Origin: Candidatus Woesearchaeota archaeon
GTDB taxonomy: Archaea > Nanobdellota > Nanobdellia > Pacearchaeales > GW2011-AR1
Assembly (NCBI GenBank): GCA_964408125.1
Contig: CAYOYC010000002.1
Coordinates: 1 to 47,975, forward strand
DNA length: 47,975 nt
Reading direction: 5' to 3'
Shown: piece by piece, positions 7,925 to 16,623 of the stretch
How the letters are laid out: the number at the start of each line of letters is the position of its first letter
Numbering within the stretch: the first letter of the stretch is position 1
Notes under the pieces: model-generated
The model's input: only the letters and a program-made list of their open reading frames with translations
Told to the model about the DNA's origin: nothing
Database searches by the model: none
Made by a program: the position numbers and the translations under genes

Positions 7925-9157
7925 TTATAACCCTAATCTTTTAATCATTTTATCTTTATCAAAAACTTCTAGGTCGTCGTATAGTTGACCGGTTCCTAGG
8001 AAATATATTGGTTTTTTAGTAATGTAAGATACAGAAAGTGCTGTTCCGCCTTTTTCGTCTATATCGGCCTTACTTAAGATTATACCATCGATTGAAATGT
8101 GTTGATTGAAAGAACGAGCTTGTTCGGTTGCATCGTTTCCAGTTATAGATTCTCCTAGAAATATTTTTTTATCTGGATTACAAACTTTGATTATTTTTTC
8201 CATTTCTTTCATTAGGCTTTCTTTTGTGTTCATTCTTCCGGCGGTGTCTATGAGAACTACATCGATTGCGTGTTTCTTTGCATAAATTATTGCCTCGAAG
8301 CCCACGGATGCTGGATCTGAGTTATAATCTTTCTTAATTATTGGAACATTTAATTTATTAGCATGAATTTCAAGTTGTTCAATTGCGGCTGCTCTAAATG
8401 TGTCTCCTGCTGCTAAACAAACAGAGAGTTTTTCTTTTTTTAATAAGTGAGCAACTTTTGCTATTGAAGTTGTTTTTCCAGAGCCATTTATTCCCACGAA
8501 AGCGATTACATATGGTTTTTTATTTTTCAAGCTTTCCCTTATTTCTTTTATCAAGTTTGGAGGATTGATTAGAATTTCTTCTAGTGCTTCTTTTAGTTTT
8601 GTTTCAATACTTACTTCAGATAAATTTTTACCAACTAAATCGTGTTTTAATTTCCCTCTTATGAATTCAACTACTTCGTAGGCGACGTTATTCTGGAGCA
8701 TTATCATTTCTAGTTCTGTGAAAAGTTCGTCGAATCTTTCTTCTGTAACTTTTTTCTTAAATTTGTCGAAGAAAGAGTGTTGTTCCGTAGGTTCCTCTTT
8801 GGGTATTTCGTTTTTCTCTTCTGCGTGGGAGAATAATTTTTTGAAAAATCCCTTCTTATTGGGATTATCTTGCAAAGCTTCTATTCGAGCCTCGGGAGAC
8901 TCTATTGGTTGTTCTTTTTTTATTTCTTCTACTATTTTTTCAGATAATTCTCTTTCTTTTTTGTCTTGCTTGGGTGTTCTTTTCTTTTTTTCTGTTTTTG
9001 GGGTTTTAGTAGGAGTTTTGCTCCTTGGCTTTATTTTGGTTTGTTTTGGTTTTACGGGTGGAGTTTTCCCAATGGGATGATCTTGTGAGGCCTCTGAAAA
9101 TTCTTCCTTTAGCTTTTCTTTCCAGCTGTGTAGTTTTTCTTTAAGGAATTTGAACAT
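7925..9157 (-). CDS. ftsY: SRP receptor FtsY
   Basis: 'GINGSGKTTSIAKVA', 'DTAGR' and 'SKADID'. A Lys/Pro/Thr-rich N-terminal A-domain precedes the NG domain. Confidence 0.95.
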   Translation of the reverse strand: MFKFLKEKLHSWKEKLKEEFSEASQDHPIGKTPPVKPKQTKIKPRSKTPTKTPKTEKKKRTPKQDKKERELSEKIVEEIKKEQPIESPEARIEALQDNPNKKGFFKKLFSHAEEKNEIPKEEPTEQHSFFDKFKKKVTEERFDELFTELEMIMLQNNVAYEVVEFIRGKLKHDLVGKNLSEVSIETKLKEALEEILINPPNLIKEIRESLKNKKPYVIAFVGINGSGKTTSIAKVAHLLKKEKLSVCLAAGDTFRAAAIEQLEIHANKLNVPIIKKDYNSDPASVGFEAIIYAKKHAIDVVLIDTAGRMNTKESLMKEMEKIIKVCNPDKKIFLGESITGNDATEQARSFNQHISIDGIILSKADIDEKGGTALSVSYITKKPIYFLGTGQLYDDLEVFDKDKMIKRLGL

Positions 9158-9173
9158 GGTTTATTTATGGTAG

Positions 9174-9458
9174 CTATGTTTTTAATTCTATTCTCTTTAG
9201 GTTTTTTAGTTTTTTAGCTAATTCTGGATTCCAAATATATCCCACTGTATCATTTCTATCTAGTGCTATTTTATTTATACTTTGTAAATAGTCTATTATA
9301 ACCATGTATGTTTGCCACATTACCTTTTTGGGAAGTTTTTGCCATAATTCTCTGATGTTGTATTCTCCAGAGTTGTCATCTATGAATTTTTCTACCATGA
9401 GAACAGTTCCCAGGGTAGGGCTTCTCGCGAAAGGATTTTTTTCTATTTCTTGTTCCAT
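9174..9458 (-). CDS. Hypothetical small protein (winged-helix-like by appearance)
   Basis: Uninterrupted 94-aa ORF downstream of ftsY on the same strand. No motif recognised. Confidence 0.4.
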   Translation of the reverse strand: MEQEIEKNPFARSPTLGTVLMVEKFIDDNSGEYNIRELWQKLPKKVMWQTYMVIIDYLQSINKIALDRNDTVGYIWNPELAKKLKNLKRIELKT

Positions 9459-9733
9459 ATTTTTATGTATATCAATTGATATATAAAGCTTTCGATTGTA
9501 TTTTTGAATATGTTATTTGTTTGTGGGCGTGGGAGAAAATGAGTGGAAAATAATTTTTCCCATGAGAATCTTTTAAGGTTAGGGTTTCAGAAATAGGTTT
9601 TTTATTTTGACTAATGTGGTGATAATGTAAATGTGGCGAGAAGACTTTGTGTTTTTGAGAGTTTGTTTTTAGTGTGCCACCGTTTTTTGCTTCTTTTCCA
9701 CAAGTTCTGCGATTTTGGCAAGGAAAAATATTT

Positions 9734-10474
9734 CTATTTAATTACATTCCAGATTTCCATAAATGCTCCTTTTAAAGAACTCGCAATATCTTCATCCTTT
9801 ATTGCAATAGCCAGATTCTTACCTCGGTGAATGTAAATTATTGTTAAATCTCCTATTAGATCTATGTCGGAAAGAGAACCATTAGGTTCATATTTAATTT
9901 GTGAATTTTCGAAGAATACTTTTTCCCCTCTGGCAGAATCATCAAATATCTTTTTTATTTTGAATTTTTTTCTTTTTTTAAATAGATTATAAGTGAAATA
10001 ATCAATAATCTTTTTATCATATGTTTCAATTCTATCTATTCCCCAACAAAAAAGCTCTGTTCCTTTTGGAAATTCAAGTTCTTTTTCGAATGCAATTTTT
10101 ATCCCCTCAATTCCTTCATAAATTTCGACAATTGTCCCTTTTTTATCATTTACCTCCTTATTTACCAAAGGAATGATAGAGTTTATATCCAATTTTAGTA
10201 AATCTAATTGGTGTTTTTTATTTTCAATATAACTAGAAATTTTCTCTAAAGGAAGAGCCTTGTAATGCTTGACGTTATTTTTAGTAACAAAAGAAACCAA
10301 CCCCTTCATTATCAATGAATCTAAAATCTCATAGATTCTACCTGAGCCCACATCAGAATCTTTTATCAGAGGTCCAGTTTTAGATTCTCCGATTTTAAGA
10401 AGACCAATAAAAACCTTAGTTTCATTCTGCGTAAGCCCAATTTTTCTAAGTTTATTTTCAAGTTCGTTTAACAT
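9734..10474 (-). CDS. TrmB-family transcriptional regulator
   Basis: N-terminal 'LRKIGLTQNETKVFIGLLKIGESKTGPLIKDSDVGSGRIYEILDSLIMKGLV' is a TrmB-type wHTH. A C-terminal effector-like domain follows. Confidence 0.8.
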   Translation of the reverse strand: MLNELENKLRKIGLTQNETKVFIGLLKIGESKTGPLIKDSDVGSGRIYEILDSLIMKGLVSFVTKNNVKHYKALPLEKISSYIENKKHQLDLLKLDINSIIPLVNKEVNDKKGTIVEIYEGIEGIKIAFEKELEFPKGTELFCWGIDRIETYDKKIIDYFTYNLFKKRKKFKIKKIFDDSARGEKVFFENSQIKYEPNGSLSDIDLIGDLTIIYIHRGKNLAIAIKDEDIASSLKGAFMEIWNVIK

Positions 10475-10566
10475 AACATCCTCATAATTTTTTACTATTT
10501 AAACCTTTTTATTGCCCCTACCAATAATGGGGGATATATCTAAATAGTGTGTTTTTTGTTAGATAA

Positions 10567-10590
10567 TTAAGCAATTGAAAGATTGCTTAA
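10567..10590. promoter_or_regulatory. Perfect 9-bp inverted repeat TTAAGCAAT-N6-ATTGCTTAA (operator candidate)
   Basis: Read directly from the sequence. It lies in the divergent region between the TrmB-family gene (ATG 10474) and the 10696 gene. Confidence 0.35.
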
Positions 10591-10695
10591 GAGAAAACAA
10601 AATGGAAATGAAAAAACAAGATATGTTTGAAAAAGAAAGAAGACTAGTTGAAACCAGCTTTTTCTTTAATGAATTAAAAGGAGGTGTAAATAAAA

Positions 10696-11181
10696 ATGGG
10701 ATTAATAAATAAGCTTACAAAAATATTGGCTCCAATAGCTTTAGCAACAGCTCTTTTGACGGGGGTTTTTGGAAGAAAAGGAGAAACAGGGTATACAACT
10801 AGAGAAATTGAATTAGACCAAGTGTTTCAAAACAGATACGGAATTACATTGGTTTATACAGATGAAAATCGAGTTGTTCAAAATCAAAGAGTACTTCCAA
10901 ATTTTGCAGACAATTGTAATCATGCGTGGAAAGGATTTTGCAGATATCCAAACATGGATATAGAAGGCTTTGAAACATTCAATTCAAGAGTGAAAAGTGG
11001 GTATAAAATTATTCGAGACGATAGTAGGGCGGAGGGAATAATAGCGAGAGTATTAGAATTTGAAGATGGACATAATTTCTATGAAATTCGTCTACCTACA
11101 AGAGATAAACTAACTCCTGGTTTTGAAGGACTTGGAAGAGCGCAAGGAAAAATTTATGAAAACCTTAACGAGTTAGAATAA
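10696..11181 (+). CDS. Hypothetical membrane-anchored or secreted protein
   Basis: Strong Shine-Dalgarno AAGGAGGTG 7-15 nt upstream. N-terminal hydrophobic segment ILAPIALATALLTGVF. Confidence 0.5.
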   Translation: MGLINKLTKILAPIALATALLTGVFGRKGETGYTTREIELDQVFQNRYGITLVYTDENRVVQNQRVLPNFADNCNHAWKGFCRYPNMDIEGFETFNSRVKSGYKIIRDDSRAEGIIARVLEFEDGHNFYEIRLPTRDKLTPGFEGLGRAQGKIYENLNELE

Positions 11182-11244
11182 ATTACTCAGAAATGACAGG
11201 ATCATTGCCTCATAAATTTTTGGTATTGGCTAAAACTTTTTTAT

Positions 11245-11280
11245 AAAAGAGGTATTTTTTTAGAAGCAATACCCTTTTTT
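11245..11280 (+). terminator. Hairpin followed by an oligo-T run downstream of the 10696 gene
   Basis: AAAAGAGGTAT ... ATACCCTTTT forms a stem (10 bp, one bulge) followed by TTTTTT. Confidence 0.35.
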
Positions 11281-11459
11281 ATAGATACTTTTTAAAATAT
11301 TGTTTCTCTTGATTTATTTAGGTGAATATCTCAGAACTGTTTCTGAGAAAAAGTAGGGGTTGATTCATCTGTTTTATTTAGATTTATTATTTAAATATGT
11401 TTTGTTTCTATTCTGGAGAGAACATAAATTCTTTTAAAGCTAAGTGTTTCCTTTTTGGT

Positions 11460-12011
11460 ATGATTACGTATAATGATCTTTATGAGGCGTTGAGAAAGGA
11501 GAGATATAGTGATGATTTGCAGTTGCTTAAGAAGGGTTTCTTATTAGAGGTTTCGGAGTACTTTTCAGAGAAAAAGAAGTTTTCGGATAAGGAAGATGAT
11601 ATGTTTTCTGATATTGTTATAAAAAATAAGAAGAAGCTGGAAAATGCTATGGCATTGTTTAAGGAGCTTTTGTTAAGAAGAAGGAAGAAAATATTGAATC
11701 TATCTTTCGTTGCTTCTGAGACGGGGATTAGTAAGAAGGATTTTGAAAATTTATTAGATTTTGAGAAGGAGTTATTTGAAGATATTGTGAAAAGCTTAGA
11801 GAAGGCAGATAAGAATTTGGGTGAGTCTATGTCTGGAGATAGAACAGAATCTAGGTTTAAACTTGTTAAATTTACTAATAGGGTTGAAGAATTTTTAAAT
11901 ATGGAAGGTGATGCTGTTGGTCCCTTTAATAAGGGAGAGGTGGCAAATTTAGATAAAGAAATAGTTGAAATATTGGTTCAGGACAAAAAAATAGAGATTT
12001 TGGAAGAATAA
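11460..12011 (+). CDS. GINS complex subunit (Gins51/Sld5-Psf1-like)
   Basis: 'ITYNDLYEALRKERYSDDLQLL...F', 'LLLRRRKKIL', and a C-terminal B-domain-like 'AVGPFNKGEVANLDKEIVEILVQ'. The TATA 'cttttaaagc' at 11431-11440 favours ATG 11460 over the listed 11397. Confidence 0.65.
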   Translation: MITYNDLYEALRKERYSDDLQLLKKGFLLEVSEYFSEKKKFSDKEDDMFSDIVIKNKKKLENAMALFKELLLRRRKKILNLSFVASETGISKKDFENLLDFEKELFEDIVKSLEKADKNLGESMSGDRTESRFKLVKFTNRVEEFLNMEGDAVGPFNKGEVANLDKEIVEILVQDKKIEILEE

Positions 12012-12045
12012 TAAGTTTTAAATAGTTCCATTCATTTTTGTTAAG

Positions 12046-12297
12046 ATGAAGGTGATTGGATTTATATTGGTTGCGTTAGGAATTTTACTTGGCGCATGTT
12101 CTAAAATAATTCCCTTGCAAAATTTTGCTGTTAAAATTGGATTTTCTTCTATAGTTTTGAGTGCGTGGGGAATATATATAGCCGGAGGATTGGTCGTTAT
12201 TGGTTTACTGGTTTTGATTCTAGTTAAGGATACGAATGGGACGAAAGAGGTTCCAATTTACCAAGGCGATAAAGTTGTTGGATATAGAAGGCACTGA
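12046..12297 (+). CDS. Small membrane protein
   Basis: Three hydrophobic segments. The tail is KEVPIYQGDKVVGYRRH. Confidence 0.5.
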   Translation: MKVIGFILVALGILLGACSKIIPLQNFAVKIGFSSIVLSAWGIYIAGGLVVIGLLVLILVKDTNGTKEVPIYQGDKVVGYRRH

Positions 12298-12299
12298 GG

Positions 12300-12788
12300 C
12301 TATTTTAGGGTTTTTATTAATTTGTTAATTGGAGTATCTAAAAGGATTAATAAAAGAGTTATGCCTACGAGGATATATTTTGATTCGTTGGTTTCAAATG
12401 AGAAAGTGGTGGAATCTTTAAATGTGATGAATACTTGTATTATTAGGAAAATGGCTAGTAGTGACTTTCTTCCGACCGCAGACATATGATTCTTATGGGC
12501 TATTATTAATATAATTAATAGTGGAATTATAAAAAATAGTATAAGCGCTATAGTTTTGAATGGTAGTATATATGTGTATATAATCCAGCTTTCTTTCATA
12601 AAAAATACGGACATAAAAGATATACACACGCTTATGAGTGCGTTTATTTTTTTATTGTCTTTAAATAAGTTGACATAAGTAAGTAGGGAATAAACCACAA
12701 TGAAAATAAGAATTAGAACCAGTATTAGGATTAGGTCTTGGTTAGCTATGTATTTTTCTGTTATGCCTGTTAGGAAATTGTCAAACAT
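12300..12788 (-). CDS. Polytopic membrane protein, member of the local paralog array
   Basis: 4-5 TM segments. The central block YSLLTYVNLFKDNKKINALISVCISFMSVFF aligns with the next gene's YSGMSVAKFPQNSGLRFLLSLIIGFLAVVM. Confidence 0.6.
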   Translation of the reverse strand: MFDNFLTGITEKYIANQDLILILVLILIFIVVYSLLTYVNLFKDNKKINALISVCISFMSVFFMKESWIIYTYILPFKTIALILFFIIPLLIILIIAHKNHMSAVGRKSLLAIFLIIQVFITFKDSTTFSFETNESKYILVGITLLLILLDTPINKLIKTLK

Positions 12789-12837
12789 GTGTTTTAGAGG
12801 ATAGGGTCTTTTTTATAGGTTTTGTTTTAACTTAAAA

Positions 12838-13719
12838 ATGAAATGGAGAAATATTTATAAAGGTATAAGTTGTTTGTTTTTCATGGATAAAAAGTTTGGT
12901 GTATTGTTAGTTGTTCTTTTGGTTGTATCCTTGTTCGTAATAAGTATACAGAGTGCTAGTGCAGCAGAGTTTAAGGATACAAAGGTTGGAAAACTTCTTT
13001 TAAATGTTTTTTGGGCGGAAAGTGATGGCGGGGATTTAACAAGTGACGATATGAATACATTGGGGGTTATTACAAGATGGATGATGTTGCTCCTTGTTAT
13101 CTTGCTAATATATTCTGGTATGAGTGTGGCTAAGTTCCCACAGAATTCGGGATTGAGATTTTTACTTTCCTTAATTATTGGGTTTTTGGCGGTTGTAATG
13201 ATTAATAATTCTGAATTTATTACATTACTTCAGTCGTATAAGGCGCTGGGATTAACTATTTCTATTTTGTTGCCTATGATTGCTCTTGCATTTATTACCT
13301 ATTCTGTTTCGATATCGATGAATAGTTTTGGTATTTTATTACAGAGATTGGCATGGCTGATTTATTCTATATTTTTGTTTATTAAAATTGGTGGAATGTT
13401 GTTATTGAAGATGTGGAGTTCATATGTCATTTTCCCTTCTGTAGATAATGTACCAACGTGGATGTATAGAGTGGTTCCCTTTATTTTTGGAAAGGAATAT
13501 GGTGATATGGGGGATATAGTTTCTAGCATGGATACTATAGTAATGGTTATGCTATTGGTTGTTACTGTCGCAGTATTTATGTGGTTTGTAATTATGAATG
13601 AAAAGACGGTTAGGTGGATTGCAAATGCTACGCAGGTTTCTGATTTAGATAGATATAAAGACAAAGTAGAAAGGTCTTCTGGTAAGGTAAACGTTGACGC
13701 AGAGGCAACGAAGAAATAA
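12838..13719 (+). CDS. Polytopic membrane protein, member of the local paralog array
   Basis: Signal/TM segment (..ISIQSASAAEF) and multiple TM helices. An alternative start is ATG 12883, because a TATA at 12853-12862 lies about 26 nt upstream of it. Confidence 0.6.
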   Translation: MKWRNIYKGISCLFFMDKKFGVLLVVLLVVSLFVISIQSASAAEFKDTKVGKLLLNVFWAESDGGDLTSDDMNTLGVITRWMMLLLVILLIYSGMSVAKFPQNSGLRFLLSLIIGFLAVVMINNSEFITLLQSYKALGLTISILLPMIALAFITYSVSISMNSFGILLQRLAWLIYSIFLFIKIGGMLLLKMWSSYVIFPSVDNVPTWMYRVVPFIFGKEYGDMGDIVSSMDTIVMVMLLVVTVAVFMWFVIMNEKTVRWIANATQVSDLDRYKDKVERSSGKVNVDAEATKK

Positions 13720-13755
13720 GGATAGGATTATAAATATTGTTTTTCTATTTTTTAT

Positions 13756-14991
13756 ATGGTGTTAAACAAAAGAAAGAGTGCGATTTATTTTGTATTGGCC
13801 TTGTTTTTTATTTTCCAAATTATTAGTCTAATAGGTTTTTCTAATGCGGAGGAAGCAGTGATAAGTTTTACATTTAACGCTGGAGATGTTATAATATACG
13901 ATAGTCATGCTTATAAATTTTTGAAAAATACTGGAGATATTAAGGGTATAGATAAAAAGAGTGTGCTCAATGAATACATTCTAAAATTGGGTGAAGATTC
14001 AGAGAATTTTAATAAAACATTTATTAGGCTTAATAGATCGGAGGAGTGTGTTGCATTGAGGGAGAATTATGTGGATAATAATGAAATTACATATAAACCT
14101 GGAGATAATCCTTGGCTGAGTAAGGATTTCTGGGAAGCGTTTTTTTATGTAGACCCGTGTTCTTTGGATATGTTTCAAGACAGTGTGGGTAGGGGTTGGA
14201 ATTTTACAAAGAACCAAACAAGTATCAAGATAGGTTGGATGTTTGGAACAAATACTTTTTCTGGCGAGAGTAAATTATTCCCAATGCCCTTAGCTTTTTT
14301 CCCGTTTAGAATATGGTCCGTTTATCCATTAAAAAGAATTATTGAGGAGGGGGATGGATTTGACTTGGGAGATTTTGCTTTTATCCTTGTATTGGCCTTT
14401 GTTTTTGTTATATCGAATTTAATTGTTGGGTTCTTTATTCAAAAATTGACAAGGTCCCACTGGGGTTATTTAAAAAAAATAATTGTAGGGGCAGTAGCAA
14501 TCGCATTTATTCCTGGATTTTTTATGACTAGAAATAGCTTGTTTGCATTTATGTGTTTAATATTTTTTACTATAATGCTTTGGATTAGGATGGATTATTT
14601 GATGAAAAAGAAATATAGTAGGGGTTTTTCTTTTAATCTATTGAATTTATATGGGTCGTTGTTTCCGGCCAGGGTTCCGGCCGCGAGAAGTTTAACATTT
14701 TCCCTGATGGATAATTTTGAGAGTCGACTCTACTCTGTTGAATTTATTCTTTTCCTTCTTTATCCATTTTTAGGCTCCGTTCCTGTAATAAATGTTATAC
14801 TATCATTTTTAACTTTAGAAGTTTTATTTGCACCGTTATTCTGGAGGGCGTTACTTTGTACGTTTGTTTTGTTTATGCTAGTACAGTTTTGGCCGATGAT
14901 ATCTAGATATAATAAGAAGAGAAGGTTGTACAAAAAGGCTATGGAAAAGGTAGCCGGAGAAGAAGTTCTGAAGGAAATGGGTCGTGCTTAA
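13756..14991 (+). CDS. Polytopic membrane protein with ~190-aa N-terminal ectodomain, paralog array member
   Basis: Signal sequence, then a soluble N-terminal part, then TM helices. The C-terminal module is SVPVINVILSFLT ... ISRYNKKRRLYKKAMEKVAG. Confidence 0.65.
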   Translation: MVLNKRKSAIYFVLALFFIFQIISLIGFSNAEEAVISFTFNAGDVIIYDSHAYKFLKNTGDIKGIDKKSVLNEYILKLGEDSENFNKTFIRLNRSEECVALRENYVDNNEITYKPGDNPWLSKDFWEAFFYVDPCSLDMFQDSVGRGWNFTKNQTSIKIGWMFGTNTFSGESKLFPMPLAFFPFRIWSVYPLKRIIEEGDGFDLGDFAFILVLAFVFVISNLIVGFFIQKLTRSHWGYLKKIIVGAVAIAFIPGFFMTRNSLFAFMCLIFFTIMLWIRMDYLMKKKYSRGFSFNLLNLYGSLFPARVPAARSLTFSLMDNFESRLYSVEFILFLLYPFLGSVPVINVILSFLTLEVLFAPLFWRALLCTFVLFMLVQFWPMISRYNKKRRLYKKAMEKVAGEEVLKEMGRA

Positions 14992-15021
14992 ATATTTAAA
15001 CGTTAATTCTATTGAATTAGT

Positions 15022-15885
15022 ATGAGTTGGTGGGAATCATTTATTAATTTCTCTGGGAAGGAGGTTATTGATAGTGGTAGTTATATTTTTGGGATAGTTA
15101 TATTAATCGCAATTTTTGCGTTGTTGTTTTTTTTATCGAAGAAGAGTAAAATTAGCAAGGGTTTTTTGTCGGCTGTGATTATTATTTTGGTTGCATTTTC
15201 CATTTATTGGGGCATGCTTGGAATAAAAAGTTGTGTTATCACATCTGATCAGTTGGCGAAGGCCGCCAATGGTACGGGGTTTATGAATAGCACTCTTTGG
15301 CCAGCTTGGAACTGGATGAGGGGCAACGTTTTGGGTTGTGGCAAGGAATTGGGATGGGGCGGCAGGCTTTTGCGTGATGTTGGCAAGGTGTTAGGATTTG
15401 AACAGACCATGGGAGATTTCTTCTTAGATTTTCTAACTGGATTTGTCGCGGGAATATTTTTGTGGTTAATTTATATTTTAGCTTTCGAGTCTGAAAAAAT
15501 AGGACAACTTTTTAGAACAAAAATGAAAAATAATTTGTATATTCCCGGAAAAGAAAACATGGGTAAACTTAAATCAAGTTGGCTATCTATTATTGCTAGT
15601 GGGATTATTCCATGGAAGGCGATTGTTATTGGTGCATTTTATGCAGTGCTTTTACAAATACCTTTCTTAAAAACTGCTATTGAGTTTATCACGTTTAGTA
15701 AGTTTTTAGGTGTAGAGATAGGTATTCCGGTTTTAATTAGAGCAATAATAATTGCATTTTATTTTGGATTATTGCCTACAGCAATTGAATCGTATAGCAG
15801 ATATAAGATTAGAAAGGAATTATATACTAAATTACTGGAAGTAAAGGCTGGAGTTAAGGCTGCAAGAACGCTTGGGAGTCAATAA
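15022..15885 (+). CDS. Polytopic membrane protein, paralog array member
   Basis: C-terminal module QIPFLKTAIEFITF ... ESYSRYKIRKELYTKLLEVKAG. Confidence 0.65.
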   Translation: MSWWESFINFSGKEVIDSGSYIFGIVILIAIFALLFFLSKKSKISKGFLSAVIIILVAFSIYWGMLGIKSCVITSDQLAKAANGTGFMNSTLWPAWNWMRGNVLGCGKELGWGGRLLRDVGKVLGFEQTMGDFFLDFLTGFVAGIFLWLIYILAFESEKIGQLFRTKMKNNLYIPGKENMGKLKSSWLSIIASGIIPWKAIVIGAFYAVLLQIPFLKTAIEFITFSKFLGVEIGIPVLIRAIIIAFYFGLLPTAIESYSRYKIRKELYTKLLEVKAGVKAARTLGSQ

Positions 15886-16622
15886 TGAAAAAATTATTGT
15901 TTCTTTTCTTATTGTTTTTTTTATCTTTTGTAGTTGTTTCGGCAGAATTGAGTAAAACTGAAATAGATGTGATAAATAGTAATTATTCTGCTGGGAAAAA
16001 TGATGTTAGTTTTTTGGGAAGATATTATTTGGCTCTCAAACAGAGCGATATTTCTGTTTGGGGAATTTTAAGTTTTGAAAGAAGTTCTTGGAATGAGTTA
16101 GAAGATGTTTCTAAATTTATATCTGGAGATTTGCTGGGGTTTGATGGTTATCAAAAATTTAATAATTCTGAATATGGTTTAATTGTGGGATTTTTTGCAG
16201 GATTAATTTTATGGATTTTTTGTAAATTTAGAAATCTTTATTTAGTGTTATGCTCTTTTGTTAATCAAAAACAATATAAGTCGTATGATCCGGAAAAGGA
16301 CTTGAAATTAAGGACGAGTGTAGAGTGGATTAATTTTATGGCGGGAAGATTTTGGAAGGTTTTTTTAGTAGCAATCGTATTTTTTGTTTTAATGTATATT
16401 CCTATTTTAAACAGAATTGTTCAGATATTAAGTTTTCAATTTCTAGACATTAGTATTCTGGCTCATTCACTTATTCTTTGTATATTAATTGGGATTTTAC
16501 CCCAGCTAATACAAAATTATTCTAATTATAGAATAAAAATACATCTCGAGAAAAGGCTTTTAGATATGAAGGCTGGTGCAAGAAAGCAAGAAATTGAAGG
16601 GCAAGTTGTTAGAAGAAGATAG
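15885..16622 (+). CDS. Polytopic membrane protein, paralog array member
   Basis: The start overlaps the upstream stop by 1 nt. Signal sequence present. C-terminal module YIPILNRIVQILSF ... QNYSNYRIKIHLEKRLLDMKAG. Confidence 0.65.
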   Translation: MKKLLFLFLLFFLSFVVVSAELSKTEIDVINSNYSAGKNDVSFLGRYYLALKQSDISVWGILSFERSSWNELEDVSKFISGDLLGFDGYQKFNNSEYGLIVGFFAGLILWIFCKFRNLYLVLCSFVNQKQYKSYDPEKDLKLRTSVEWINFMAGRFWKVFLVAIVFFVLMYIPILNRIVQILSFQFLDISILAHSLILCILIGILPQLIQNYSNYRIKIHLEKRLLDMKAGARKQEIEGQVVRRR

Positions 16623-16623
16623 T

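Noticed and set aside
5858-9157. The similarity between the SRP54 and FtsY genes, 700 nt apart. I considered it as a recent duplication.
   Set aside because: The two share only the universally conserved NG-domain motifs expected of these ancient paralogs. Their N- and C-terminal domains differ completely.
101-9486. Listed ORFs lying antisense to or inside clear genes: 101-313, 1791-1982, 2698-2953, 3512-3766, 6264-6765, 7315-7633, 8718-9080 and 9304-9486.
   Set aside because: Each lies entirely within a longer ORF that has recognisable motifs on the other strand or frame. Their translations are low-complexity (Ser/Phe/Leu-rich), as expected for shadow ORFs in AT-rich DNA.
9459-9733. A long (275-nt) spacer with ORF 9633-9830 and a GTGGC...GCCAC pairing. 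I considered it as a small RNA or C/D-box RNA.
   Set aside because: The stem is only 5 bp across a ~36-nt loop. I found no C (RUGAUGA) or D (CUGA) box arrangement on either strand. The ORF overlaps the 3' end of the TrmB-family gene.
10602-10715. A 37-codon ORF (MEMKKQDMFEKERRL...) upstream of the 10696 gene.
   Set aside because: It overlaps the Shine-Dalgarno and start of the downstream gene. It has no features of its own and is probably the 5' untranslated region.
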